Below, piece by piece: positions 27,622-38,218 of a stretch of 64,000 nt of DNA. Under the pieces are notes generated by a model. That model did no database searches, was not told the origin of the DNA, and worked only from the letters and a program-made list of their open reading frames with translations. Every line of letters begins with the position of its first letter. Position 1 is the stretch's first letter. Source of the DNA: Sedimentisphaeraceae bacterium JB056 (GTDB lineage: Bacteria > Planctomycetota > Phycisphaerae > Sedimentisphaerales > Sedimentisphaeraceae); assembly GCA_044440125.1 (NCBI GenBank), contig JBITAJ010000029.1, positions 1 to 64,000 on the forward strand, read 5' to 3'. The position numbers and the translations under genes were made by a program.

Positions 27622-30183
27622 ATGAACGAACAAAGCGGTAAATACAATTTTAACGAAATCGAGAAGAAGTGGCAGGACTTTTGGGTAGATAATAAGACTT
27701 TTAAGGTCGAAAAGAGTGAAAAGCCCAAATATTACGTACTTGATATGTTCCCGTATCCAAGCGGACAGGGTTTGCATGTAGGCCATCCTGAAGGTTATAC
27801 CGCCAGCGATATTGTTGCCCGTTATAAGCGTATGAACGGTTTTAACGTGCTTCATCCTATCGGCTGGGATGCGTTCGGTCTGCCTGCCGAGCAATACGCT
27901 ATCCAGACAGGTACTCACCCCGCGCAGACTACAAAGAAAAATATCGACAATATGCGTCGTCAGATCAAGAGCCTTGGTTTCAGCTACGACTGGGACAGGG
28001 AAGTAAACACCACCGACCCGAACTACTACAAATGGACGCAGTGGATATTCCTCAAATTCTACAACAGTTTCTTTGATGAAAAGCTCCAGAAGGCACGCCC
28101 GATAGAGGAGCTTGAGATACCTGCCGAGATTGAGGCACAGGGCAAAGAGGCAGTACGCAATTTTATCGATGACAATCGTCTGGCGTATGAGAATGAGGCA
28201 CCGGTTAACTGGTGTCCTGAGCTGGGAACGGTTTTGGCGAACGAGGAAGTTGTTAACGGCGTGAGTGAACGCGGCGGCCATCCGGTTATCCGCAAGCCTA
28301 TGCGTCAGTGGATGCTTCGCATAACCAAGTTCAGCGAGCGTCTGCTTGATGGGCTTGATGAACTCGACTGGTCGTACTCAATCAAGAAGCTCCAGACCGA
28401 CTGGATCGGCAAGAGCGTTGGTGCGGAAGTTGATTTCAAGATTGACGGTTTTGATGAGAGCATCACCGTATTTACAACACGTCCTGATACGCTTTTCGGT
28501 GCTACTTATATGGTAATGGCGCCAGAGCATAAGCTTGTAGAGAAAATCACGACTGCCGAGTATAAAGAGGCGGTTGAGAAATATATTGAGACCGCGGCTA
28601 CAAAGAGCGATCTCGACAGAACAGACCTTGCCAAGGATAAGAGCGGGCAGTTTACAGGTGCTTACGCGGTCAATCCTGTTAACGGCAACAAGATTCCTAT
28701 CTGGATCAGTGATTATGTGCTGATTAGCTATGGTACGGGTGCGATTATGGCTGTACCTGCCCACGATACGAGGGATTTTGAGTTTGCTACCAAGTTTGGG
28801 CTTGAGATAATTCAGGTTGTCAAGCCTGATAACGAAGAGGATGCGGCGAAGGTTGCCGCCGGTGAGCTTTGCTTTGCCGGTAACGGTATCGCAATCAACT
28901 CAGGTGAGTTTGACGGCATGCCGACACAGGAATTCAAGAAGAAGATTACAGCCTGGCTCGAAGAAAATGCAATGGGTAAAGAGGCTGTTAATTATAAGCT
29001 TCGCGACTGGCTCTTCAGCCGTCAGCGTTATTGGGGCGAGCCGTTCCCTATTCTCCATGCTGAAGACGGCGAGCGTCTGGCACTTGATGAAAGCCAGCTT
29101 CCGCTCACACTTCCGGAAGTCGAGAATTATAAGCCGAGCGGCACAGGCGAGCCGCCGCTTTCAAACGCGACTGATTGGGTTGAGGTTGTACTGCCGGACG
29201 GCCGCAAGGCACGCCGTGAGCTTAATACTATGCCGCAATGGGCGGGCAGCTGCTGGTACTATATACGCTATATCGACCCTGATAATTCAGAAGCGGCGTT
29301 CGATCCTGAGAAGGAACAGTATTGGCTGCCTGTAGATTTGTATATCGGCGGTGCGGAGCATGCCGTGCTTCACCTGCTTTATTCAAGGTTCTGGCATAAG
29401 CTGCTGTTCGATCTCGGATACATCAAGGCTCCTGAGCCGTTCCAGAAGCTGGTTAATCAGGGTATGATTCTCGGTGAAGACGGCCAGAAGATGAGTAAGA
29501 GCCGCGGCAATGTTGTCAATCCCGACAATGTTATCAATGATTACGGTGCTGACTCAATGAGGCTTTATGAAATGTTCATGGGGCCGCTTGAGGCGACTAA
29601 GCCTTGGAGCATGACAGGCGTTGAAGGTGTTCACAGGTTCCTGCAGAAAGTTTGGCGTACTATTGTTGATGATAATACCGGCAAGCTTTCTTCTGCCGTA
29701 GTCAACATTGACGCTGATGCCGATACAACCAGAATCCTTCACCAGACTATAAAGAAGGTTACGTTGGATATTGAGAATTTCTCATTCAACACTGCGATAA
29801 GCCAGATGATGATTTTTATCAATCATGTGAGCAAGATGGATAAACGCCCGGTTGATGCGTTGAAGCAGTTTGTGCTTGTGCTTGCTCCGTTTGCCCCGCA
29901 TGTTTGCGAGGAGCTGTGGCAGATTCTCGGCGGCGAAGGTGATACCATCGGGTATAAGCAGTGGCCAAAGTTTGTTGAAGAGCTTACCAAAGAAAGCGAA
30001 GTTGAGATTGCTGTTCAGGTGAAGGGCAAGATCAAGGACAGAATAATGGTAAGCCCTGATGACTCGGAAGAGCAGCTTCAGGAAAAGGCACTGGCAAGCG
30101 AAAAGGTGCAGGCGGCGATAAATGGCGCACCGATCAGAAAAGTGATTGTGGTAAAAGGGCGTTTGGTTAATATCATCGCCTAA
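27622..30183 (+). CDS. leuS: Leucine--tRNA ligase
   Basis: MFPYPSG.GLHVGH, KMSKS, editing domain TTRPDT. Confidence 0.98.
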   Translation: MNEQSGKYNFNEIEKKWQDFWVDNKTFKVEKSEKPKYYVLDMFPYPSGQGLHVGHPEGYTASDIVARYKRMNGFNVLHPIGWDAFGLPAEQYAIQTGTHPAQTTKKNIDNMRRQIKSLGFSYDWDREVNTTDPNYYKWTQWIFLKFYNSFFDEKLQKARPIEELEIPAEIEAQGKEAVRNFIDDNRLAYENEAPVNWCPELGTVLANEEVVNGVSERGGHPVIRKPMRQWMLRITKFSERLLDGLDELDWSYSIKKLQTDWIGKSVGAEVDFKIDGFDESITVFTTRPDTLFGATYMVMAPEHKLVEKITTAEYKEAVEKYIETAATKSDLDRTDLAKDKSGQFTGAYAVNPVNGNKIPIWISDYVLISYGTGAIMAVPAHDTRDFEFATKFGLEIIQVVKPDNEEDAAKVAAGELCFAGNGIAINSGEFDGMPTQEFKKKITAWLEENAMGKEAVNYKLRDWLFSRQRYWGEPFPILHAEDGERLALDESQLPLTLPEVENYKPSGTGEPPLSNATDWVEVVLPDGRKARRELNTMPQWAGSCWYYIRYIDPDNSEAAFDPEKEQYWLPVDLYIGGAEHAVLHLLYSRFWHKLLFDLGYIKAPEPFQKLVNQGMILGEDGQKMSKSRGNVVNPDNVINDYGADSMRLYEMFMGPLEATKPWSMTGVEGVHRFLQKVWRTIVDDNTGKLSSAVVNIDADADTTRILHQTIKKVTLDIENFSFNTAISQMMIFINHVSKMDKRPVDALKQFVLVLAPFAPHVCEELWQILGGEGDTIGYKQWPKFVEELTKESEVEIAVQVKGKIKDRIMVSPDDSEEQLQEKALASEKVQAAINGAPIRKVIVVKGRLVNIIA

Positions 30184-30229
30184 CCAACTGAATCATAACC
30201 GCTGACATAAGCGGAAAAATGAAAATACG

Positions 30230-30265
30230 AAAAGGGATGAATCTTCGGATTTGTCCCTTTTTTTT
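30230..30265 (+). terminator. Rho-independent (probably bidirectional) terminator
   Basis: GGGATGAATC-TTCG-GATTTGTCCC followed by T8. Confidence 0.85.
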
Positions 30266-30288
30266 GGTGGCTATAATGCTTTTATGTC

Positions 30289-30873
30289 TTAAAACTTAAT
30301 TTCGATATCAAGTGTATTCAACAGGCTCAGAGCTTCGGGCATTGAGAATACGGCTTTTTTGATATTGTTTCTTGATGGATGGATTGTGTAGTTTCTCGCA
30401 TTTGAAAAGTCGGCCTTTGTCAGGATTGTGTTTTCAAATACGGTTTCTTTCAGATCTGAATCTGTGAAATTGCTTCCCGTCAGGTCGGTTTCGTAAAAAT
30501 CGCATCCGTGAATTGTGCAGTCCAAAAATGCGGTGTTCTTTAATTTCAGTGCGGCAAAATTACAGTCTTTAAGAATTGAAGATTTGAAACTTATTTTCAA
30601 AAGCAATGTATTCAGCACCGCCAGATTAATTCCTGCCAGTTTGCTGTAATTGAATTCAACCTGATTGAGCTTTGCCTTAGTCAGATTCACCAGACTCAGA
30701 TTGCATGTGTCAAATACGCATTCAAATAACAGCGTTCCGGCGAAGCTGCAGCCTGTAAAATCGCATTGTTTGAATGTGCAGTTCTTGAATGACCTGCCGG
30801 ATAAATCCATGCCGCCGCATTTAAGCTCAGTGAATATTTCTTCCTCAAAGATACTGCCTTCAAGAATTTTCAT
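30289..30873 (-). CDS. Pentapeptide repeat protein
   Basis: Repeating F/L-x-x-C/S-x pentads throughout. Confidence 0.9.
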   Translation of the reverse strand: MKILEGSIFEEEIFTELKCGGMDLSGRSFKNCTFKQCDFTGCSFAGTLLFECVFDTCNLSLVNLTKAKLNQVEFNYSKLAGINLAVLNTLLLKISFKSSILKDCNFAALKLKNTAFLDCTIHGCDFYETDLTGSNFTDSDLKETVFENTILTKADFSNARNYTIHPSRNNIKKAVFSMPEALSLLNTLDIEIKF

Positions 30874-31034
30874 CTTATCGTTCCTGTTATATCAGCCTTA
30901 CTTATTATTGAATCACAGCATTCTACCATTGTTAACAATACTTCTCAACTAAAGATTCGGGAACTTTCTTGTATAATTGGTTATTGGGTATATAATAATT
31001 TCTGGTTTTATTGGTGAAATATTAAGGAAAACCC

Positions 31035-31667
31035 ATGCGCGTAGGTAATAAGAAAATTGCACTTATTTTGGTAGTGCTGGCTTGTGTATTGATTATGTCA
31101 GACCTTTATCTCGGCTTCTCAAGAGGGTTTGGCTTTTATGGAGGAACTAATAATTTTTTCATGTCACCTTCTGAAAGGAATTTTCGAAATTTATATGAAA
31201 TTTCAGATATGATTTTTAAGATTGCCGATGATGAATATTACCCTCAACCTGATAAACTGGTGGAACACGGCAATTTCAAAATATTAAAGCAATATGAAGG
31301 CTCTGATATTTGGAAAATGGAATATTCTGGAGCAAATCACAATATGATTTTTTTATATTCTCCTGTGTTTATTGATTGACAGTCAATAAGCGTTTGTGGT
31401 TATGCCCAATGGGATGATGAAATGAAATGCTATAGCCCTAACGTATATTTACCGCTTAGGATAAGAAAGAATCTCCCTGTAGAATGGTCTTATGTAGCGA
31501 TTGATGGTTCGGTGAAAAAAGAAGTAAATTATCCTCCTCTGCCGGGTTGCATTATCAAAGACGAGCGAATATTCTATCCGAGAGATTTATTGCCTGCTGT
31601 TGAGAAAATATACCCCAAAGCTATTATACCGGAGAGATTGATTATTCATGAAGGAGAAACCAAATGA
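31035..31667 (+). pseudogene. Membrane-anchored hypothetical gene interrupted by an in-frame TGA at 31377
   Basis: ORFs 31035-31379 and 31422-31667 are in the same frame and the intervening codons are open. Confidence 0.6.
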
Positions 31668-32485
31668 AAAAAACTATATATAGATTGTTCTTTGCCATGA
31701 TTTTTATTTTGGTTATTGCGGCTGCTTATATAAGTGGTAGTTATTCAGCTAAGCAGAAGATGAAATTTTTCTACTATAAAAATCTTTTTACCACAGCAAT
31801 TACCAGTGACCAACTGGTCGCCAAAATGAGGGATAAAGGAGGCGTTGCTGAAGAAATTGACATCGCTTTTGTTAAGTCTCTGTTAAAGGAAGTTTACAAT
31901 GGCAATGAAGAAGTTATAGGGCAGTTGGTTCAGAATATATCGCACGAGGTTACGAAAGAAAAGATTCTTCTGCAAGGTGATGAGTATGAAGTTTGCTATA
32001 CGATTAACGGATTGTCTTATTATTTGCTTTATGATGGAGCTACGTGGGGAGCAACAACTCCATTCATGATGAAAATGGCTGTCTTGGCATCTGAGACTCA
32101 GGATGTTTCTTTGTTTGAGAAAATGTGCGAGTTGGATTTAGTATATATATACGAAGATGACTTTCAGCAGCTTGGAGCTGAGCCGCAGAAAGATATATTG
32201 ATGGCTTTTCTCAAATTGTCATCTTACAGTCAGAGTATGAAATCAGATAGTTGGTATCGGAATTTGATATTGTCAACGAGTAGTGAATTTTATTTGACTG
32301 AGTATGCAAACATCGACAAGATGCTAAAACTTGCGAAAGCCGGTAACTTTGATGATGCATATAATATGTATGTTTCAATCACAACATCTAAAAACGATTC
32401 AGAGACAGTGTTTATGACAAACTATAATTATCCAAATCTTAAACGATTGTTCAAAGAAAGCAAGTTAGATAGAATCTTGAAATAG
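31664..32485 (+). CDS. Hypothetical protein with N-terminal TM/signal segment
   Basis: RBS AAGGAG, 273 aa, overlaps the upstream stop. Confidence 0.75.
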   Translation: MKKTIYRLFFAMIFILVIAAAYISGSYSAKQKMKFFYYKNLFTTAITSDQLVAKMRDKGGVAEEIDIAFVKSLLKEVYNGNEEVIGQLVQNISHEVTKEKILLQGDEYEVCYTINGLSYYLLYDGATWGATTPFMMKMAVLASETQDVSLFEKMCELDLVYIYEDDFQQLGAEPQKDILMAFLKLSSYSQSMKSDSWYRNLILSTSSEFYLTEYANIDKMLKLAKAGNFDDAYNMYVSITTSKNDSETVFMTNYNYPNLKRLFKESKLDRILK

Positions 32486-32496
32486 TTGCTGACTGC

Positions 32497-33489
32497 CTAT
32501 CCAAGCTTACCGTGTTTTTTGTGCATTTCGAGGTATAGTCTATAGTCTTCTACCGTTACAGCCGGCGGCGTCTGATGGTCTACTGATGGGATGAACCCGC
32601 CGCTTTTCATTGCCGGCAGCAGACGCTGGAATTCCGCTTCGAGTGCTTGCTGTCCTTTATGCATTATTGTCTTGTCGAATGCTCCGAGCATCAGGAAGTC
32701 GGGATGTTTTTTTCTGATATTGTTGACATCTACGCCCGCCATCCTTTCAAGCGGCAGAAGCCCCTCAACGCCAACTTCCTTTAGCCACGGAATCAGCGGT
32801 TCGATATCGCCGTCAGAATCCACAAACACCTTGATCCCCTTATCCTTCAATGCCGGTACTATTCGCTTATAATAAGGAGCGAAAAATTCATCGAATTGCG
32901 TTTTCGAGAGCATCGGCCCGTGATTATACGACATATCCTCGGCTATCGTTGCGAATACCGGCGTGGAAATTTCTGTGAATTTATCGATTTGCCTGAGCCA
33001 GTGTTCCGTGAGGTCGTGATTCATTTTGTGCATCAGCTCAGGGTAGTCATAGAATGCATACATATGATTTTCTATGCCGAAAAGTGTCCTCGGAAACCAG
33101 AAGAAGCCTTCAAGTGTTATCCATAATACGGTATCGCCGGAGTTGATTCTTTCAAGCCAGTTTGAAAGATCAGTTTTTTCGAAGGCATAGTCGCCGAAGA
33201 GCTTACCTTTTTCAACAAGCTTGTTATAATCTTCAGGTGAGTTTATTATCGGGGCGCCGTGATATTCGGGCTTGGGGCAATCATCGCTTCTTACCTTGAA
33301 CCAGAACTGTTTTAAACTGTCGAGACCGAAATAGTCACTTATCTTATTAATAGTATCCAATTCTCTTGGCAGACCCTGCTCATACCAACGGTCGATAGTC
33401 TCATTCCACCAGCTTGCCCATTCAACCATAGGCAACCTGTCAATCGTTTCAAAATTCAATACTTTTCTGAATCTTTCGACATTATTCAT
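32497..33489 (-). CDS. Uroporphyrinogen decarboxylase (URO-D) family protein
   Basis: ERF....F...DRLP, EDMSYN.GPM.S, DSDG, GGFIP..DH. Confidence 0.88.
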   Translation of the reverse strand: MNNVERFRKVLNFETIDRLPMVEWASWWNETIDRWYEQGLPRELDTINKISDYFGLDSLKQFWFKVRSDDCPKPEYHGAPIINSPEDYNKLVEKGKLFGDYAFEKTDLSNWLERINSGDTVLWITLEGFFWFPRTLFGIENHMYAFYDYPELMHKMNHDLTEHWLRQIDKFTEISTPVFATIAEDMSYNHGPMLSKTQFDEFFAPYYKRIVPALKDKGIKVFVDSDGDIEPLIPWLKEVGVEGLLPLERMAGVDVNNIRKKHPDFLMLGAFDKTIMHKGQQALEAEFQRLLPAMKSGGFIPSVDHQTPPAVTVEDYRLYLEMHKKHGKLG

Positions 33490-33632
33490 GTTTTCCCCTT
33501 TAAACTGTAATATATGCCCATTATAGTATATTGAAATAGGTTAATCTTTGCGCATATTGATTAAGTTGTTTGTGGTGATTGATAATGTATTATTAAAAGG
33601 TAGTTTCTACACTTTCCATAATACCAGCATAT

Positions 33633-33887
33633 TGTAACCGTTCACAAAGGCTAATGTTTTATGCCTCGAAGAGGCTATATACCATAGCCGTGGGCATCGC
33701 CCTCGGTTGATTGGTTATTTGCGAAAGTTCCCCCATCGGAATTTCCAGCCGGTAAGCTGGAAATTCCGATGGGAGCGGTGCGTGTTATTATCCATTCCCA
33801 CGGCGTTGCCGCGGGCTATAATGTAAAGCCCTTCGGGCAAATAATACATGAAAATGTAAATTTTGCAATATACCGTGAACGGTTACA
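33633..33887. mobile_element. MITE (255 bp) with 13-bp TIRs and 6-bp target duplication
   Basis: TGTAACCGTTCAC...GTGAACGGTTACA flanked by GCATAT on both sides; internal 18-bp perfect palindrome at 33732-33773. Confidence 0.85.
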
Positions 33888-33984
33888 GCATATTTTTATG
33901 AATAAAAGCGGTATAGCAGAAAAAGTTGCTTAATTTGTAAGAAAAATATAGTATTTTTCCTTACAAAATTATAGAATAGTAAGA

Positions 33985-34587
33985 ATGCAAAGTATTGAAA
34001 AAAAGGTAGTTAGTAGGATATATGGCTTTGGCAGGGGGTGGGCGTTTTCTCAGAATGATTTTTCTGAATATGGGAGCCGTTCATCAATAGATATCGCTTT
34101 GCATCGCCTAAATGAAAAAGGGACTATAAGGCGTGTTATTAGAGGTATTTATGATTATCCACGTTTTAGTAAATTATTGAATAAAGACTTGGGTCCTGAT
34201 ATCCATCAGGTTGCAGTTGCTTTATCACGGAAATTTGGCTGGAGGATACAGGCTAACGGACATACGGCATTAAATGTGTTGGGTTTATCGACTCAAGTGC
34301 CAGGCGTATATGTTTATTTATCAGATGGCCCTAATAGGTCTTATGAAATCAGCAGTACTACATTAACTTTCAAAAAAACTGTTTTGAAAGAATCCGGATT
34401 CAAATTGCGAGAAAGCTCTCTGATAGTACAGTCCTTGAAGCAAATCGGACAGGATAGAATTACACCTGAAATAATCGCTCATTTAAAAGAATGGATAGAC
34501 CCAAACTTGAAGGCGAAAGTATTAAAGGATACGCATACAGTTACAGCATGGATTTATGAAATAATAAAGCAAATCTGTCTGGAGTAA
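33985..34587 (+). CDS. DUF6088/AbiEi-like antitoxin
   Basis: ALHRL...G.IRRV.RGIY, LN.LGLSTQVP, YLSDGP. Confidence 0.85.
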   Translation: MQSIEKKVVSRIYGFGRGWAFSQNDFSEYGSRSSIDIALHRLNEKGTIRRVIRGIYDYPRFSKLLNKDLGPDIHQVAVALSRKFGWRIQANGHTALNVLGLSTQVPGVYVYLSDGPNRSYEISSTTLTFKKTVLKESGFKLRESSLIVQSLKQIGQDRITPEIIAHLKEWIDPNLKAKVLKDTHTVTAWIYEIIKQICLE

Positions 34588-34591
34588 GCAA

Positions 34592-35569
34592 ATGGATAAT
34601 GTTGCAAATTTGTCTGCAGAGGATAGAGCAGATGTTTTTAAAGAAACTTCTCTTAAGAAAGGTATTGTTCCGGCTGTAGTAGAGAAAGATTTTTGGGTAT
34701 GTTGGGTTTTAGGTAAACTCTTTGAATCAGAAAGTTTATCTAAAAAGCTATTATTTAAGGGCGGAACATCTTTGTCTAAGGTATTTGGTTTGATAGAGCG
34801 TTTTTCTGAAGATATAGATCTCATTCTTAATTGGGACGAGATTATTCAGCAAGATCCTTATGACGTCCGTTCTAAAACTCAGCAAGACAAGTTCAATAAG
34901 GCTGTTGTTGAAAAAGGATGTTATTACATACAGCAAAATATCTTACCGGAAATCAATAAGCTCATCGGGAATAAGTGTGAGTTGAAAATTGAAGAAAGAA
35001 CTCCTGATACAATAAATATTCGCTATCCGGTCGCTTTTTCTGAAGATTATCTACGTCCTGAAATTCGCTTAGAGATCGGACCTTTGGCTCTTTGGTGTCC
35101 AAACGATCAATTTGAAATACAATCTTATACGGCAGAGGAGTTTCCTTCTCTATTTGAGCAACCTTGTTGTAAGGTAAATGCTGTGATTGCAGAGAGGACT
35201 TTCTGGGAAAAAGCAACAATTCTTCATCACGAAGCCTATAGGGCGCAGGATAAACAGCAGCCCCAAAGATATTCAAGACATTATTATGATATGGCTCGTA
35301 TGGCTTCTTCCAGTATTAAAGACAAAGCTTTGAAGAGGCCGGACCTGCTTAAAAGCGTGGTTGAGTTTAAGAATAAGTTTTATCCTCAAGGTTGGGCGAG
35401 GTATGATTTAGCCGTACCGGGTTCGCTAAAACTGATTCCACCTGATTATCTTGTTGAACTATTAAAAAAGGATTATAAAGATATGCAGGTTATGATATAT
35501 GGTAAAAAACCTTCCTTCGATGACATAATAAAGGAGTTGTTGATATTGCAAAACGAAATTAATCAGTAA
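34592..35569 (+). CDS. AbiEii/AbiGii nucleotidyltransferase toxin
   Basis: VEKDFWV, FKGGTSLSK, RFSEDIDL, ERTFWEK, SRHYYD. Confidence 0.93.
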   Translation: MDNVANLSAEDRADVFKETSLKKGIVPAVVEKDFWVCWVLGKLFESESLSKKLLFKGGTSLSKVFGLIERFSEDIDLILNWDEIIQQDPYDVRSKTQQDKFNKAVVEKGCYYIQQNILPEINKLIGNKCELKIEERTPDTINIRYPVAFSEDYLRPEIRLEIGPLALWCPNDQFEIQSYTAEEFPSLFEQPCCKVNAVIAERTFWEKATILHHEAYRAQDKQQPQRYSRHYYDMARMASSSIKDKALKRPDLLKSVVEFKNKFYPQGWARYDLAVPGSLKLIPPDYLVELLKKDYKDMQVMIYGKKPSFDDIIKELLILQNEINQ

Positions 35570-35795
35570 GGGCTATAAAAATGGGAGCTTGACATGTTCA
35601 CCTTATAATATGTGATATGTTTTTAACTATTTGTGCATATTGGTAGCCTGTTTGTGATGATTGATAATATATAATTAAAGGGGAGTCAATTTTCGCTAAA
35701 TCAGAGAGGGATTTATAGCTTGTATAACTCTACATTGGATAATACAATAGCATACATATTATGATTATGGGAATATGACAGATGAGGTTTGGTAA

Positions 35796-38075
35796 ATGAT
35801 GACATATGACTTAACTAGATTGAATGATAAAGAATTTGAGATGCTTTCGGTAGATTTACTGTCGAAAGTGGAAGGGAAACGTATAGAGCGTTTTAAATCT
35901 GGCAAAGATGCAGGTGTTGATGGCAGATTCTATCAATCAGATGATTCAGAAGTTATTATCCAATGTAAGCATTGGGCAAAATCCGGCATTAAACCGCTAC
36001 TAAAACACTTGAAAGATAAGGAGTCGATTAAGGTTAAGAAGCTTAATCCTGATAGATATATATTTACAACTTCAGTTGAATTATCCCGTCATAATAAAAA
36101 AAAGATAAAAGACATTTTTGAGCCGTTTATTAAAGATGAATCAGATATTTATGGCAATGAAGATATCAATGATTTTATTTCAAAGCATGAAGATATTGAA
36201 AAGAGACATTATAAACTTTGGTTGTTTAGTAGCAATGTTTTGAGAAGATTACTGAATTCTGGTATTATAGGGAGAAGTGACAGTAAAATCCAAGATATAC
36301 TTGAATTTTCTCGAAAATATGTTGTTACAAATAACCATGAAAGAGCTATCAAAAAACTTAACGCTTTTCGTTCAATAATTATTACCGGTGAACCAGGTAT
36401 TGGTAAGACTGTTCTTGCCAATCAGCTTTGCTTGCATTACCTAAAAGAGGATTACGAATTGTGTTATATCGAGGATTGCCTTTCAGAAGCCGAAAATGTG
36501 TATAGTAAAGACAAAAAACAACTCTTTTATTTTGATGATTTTTTAGGAAGGAATTACCTTTTAGCATTGAATCGACATGAAGATTCTCGAGTGCTTAATT
36601 TCATTAAAAGAGTAGGTCGAGATAAGGATAAACTTTTCATATTAACATCAAGAAGCACAGTGCTTAATCAGGGGAAAAGACTTAGTGAATTATATGAAAT
36701 CGAAAATATAGACAAAAATGAATATGAAATAAAAATACAATCATTATCAGGGTTAGATAAAGCGAAAATTCTATACAATCATATTTGGTTTAGTGAATTA
36801 AAGATTTCTTATATTGATGAATTATATAAGGATAACAGGTATCTTAATATCATAAGACATCCAAACTATAACCCTAGGTTAATTTCATTTATTACGGATT
36901 ATTGCAAAATATCAGATATTGCCCCAAATAATTACTGGAAATATATTAAGAAGACCTTGAAGAATCCAGAAGATATTTGGGGACATGTATATGAACATCA
37001 GATTGATGAAGCTTGTAGAATAATTGTAAGTTTAATTGTCTTTAATAGCAGAAGCATTTCAGAAAAAGAACTTCAAGATTCTTTCAGGAATATTTGTCGT
37101 TGTAAACTCTGGGGTGTAAAACATGTTGATCCAATGGATTTCAAAGCAGCCTTAAAATTAGCAACGGGAGCAATAATTAATCGAACTATTGATGGAACAA
37201 CACAGGAAGTATGGTATGATTTATTTAATCCAGCAGTTGGAGATTACGTACTGAATATGTTTTCCAAAGAACCTGATAGATTGGATGGTATATTTCTTTC
37301 TCTGAATACATTAAATTCATTATATAACATAGAGAGTCTTCTTAATAGTGAAATCTATGATAGTGCGAAAATAAATGAAATAATCAAAATTGTTACATTA
37401 CGATGCCTTAATAGTACAGAGTTTAATAAGGGAATGTCGTATAAAATCAGGTTATTGCAGATAGTTGTTAAAAAAAATGAAGTTGATATTGCCTTGAAAG
37501 AACAGATAGCTATGTTTTTGAAAAGCCTTGATTTTTCCTTAATATCTTCTACATGGATAAGTGCAATTATTGAAATATATTTCTGGTGCTTAGATAAAAA
37601 AATAATAGAGGAAAATGATGTAAATTTCCTACCATTCTTAGATAATAATTTGGATTACGATTTAGAGCACGATGACTTTGTCTGGATCAGTAAATTACTT
37701 GAAAGAGGCTCTATTGCTAATTCGCAAAGATATTTATTGGTTTTACAAGACTTAATTGTTTGTTATTGGAAAGATACTATTGAAAATCATATTAATGAGG
37801 AAGCAGTACTTGAGGATTTTTTATTTGAAGAAGATTATGATGATGCTGAAATAAAATTACGTACTTACATAGCTAATAACTTCGAAAAATATTCAATAGA
37901 ATTTGAAGAAGATATTATTGATGAGATACTTGGTGAGTGCGACTTAGATGATATTATTATGGCTAATCAAGATAAAGAAATGAGATTGGAGAAGTATTGC
38001 GAGGAAGACTATTATGAATCTTCTTCGGGAGAAACAGAAAATGATATAATACACGATCTTTTTCAAAGGGATTAG
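35796..38075 (+). CDS. Mrr-like restriction endonuclease fused to an nSTAND3-type NTPase
   Basis: EFE.L..DLL, D.GVDG, IIQCKH nuclease; GEPGIGKT, FDDFLG, ILTSR, NPRLI; very AT-rich. Confidence 0.8.
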   Translation: MMTYDLTRLNDKEFEMLSVDLLSKVEGKRIERFKSGKDAGVDGRFYQSDDSEVIIQCKHWAKSGIKPLLKHLKDKESIKVKKLNPDRYIFTTSVELSRHNKKKIKDIFEPFIKDESDIYGNEDINDFISKHEDIEKRHYKLWLFSSNVLRRLLNSGIIGRSDSKIQDILEFSRKYVVTNNHERAIKKLNAFRSIIITGEPGIGKTVLANQLCLHYLKEDYELCYIEDCLSEAENVYSKDKKQLFYFDDFLGRNYLLALNRHEDSRVLNFIKRVGRDKDKLFILTSRSTVLNQGKRLSELYEIENIDKNEYEIKIQSLSGLDKAKILYNHIWFSELKISYIDELYKDNRYLNIIRHPNYNPRLISFITDYCKISDIAPNNYWKYIKKTLKNPEDIWGHVYEHQIDEACRIIVSLIVFNSRSISEKELQDSFRNICRCKLWGVKHVDPMDFKAALKLATGAIINRTIDGTTQEVWYDLFNPAVGDYVLNMFSKEPDRLDGIFLSLNTLNSLYNIESLLNSEIYDSAKINEIIKIVTLRCLNSTEFNKGMSYKIRLLQIVVKKNEVDIALKEQIAMFLKSLDFSLISSTWISAIIEIYFWCLDKKIIEENDVNFLPFLDNNLDYDLEHDDFVWISKLLERGSIANSQRYLLVLQDLIVCYWKDTIENHINEEAVLEDFLFEEDYDDAEIKLRTYIANNFEKYSIEFEEDIIDEILGECDLDDIIMANQDKEMRLEKYCEEDYYESSSGETENDIIHDLFQRD

Positions 38076-38218
38076 TTTCTATTTTTGTGAGGAATTAAAG
38101 AATTCAGGTCTCTTAAAATAAGATTTGTTGTTTAACTTGATAATATTGAAGGTTTTATAATATGTGAACGTTGATAAGACTTTGCCTATATTGATTATTT
38201 TGTTTGTAGTAATTGTTT

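Larger units (their letters stand above)
33521..38216. repeat. Three imperfect ~60-85 bp direct repeats (33521-33604, 35603-35686, 38155-38216), one before each of the AbiE, nSTAND3 and AraC genes
   Basis: Shared TTATARTAT..TGA...TTTG...ATATTG......TGTTTGT..T.ATTG. Confidence 0.6.

Noticed and set aside
30289..30873. Qnr quinolone-resistance call
   Set aside because: Generic pentapeptide repeat protein; Qnr-specific features cannot be confirmed by eye
31377..31379. Selenocysteine recoding of the TGA
   Set aside because: No convincing SECIS hairpin and no redox-motif context
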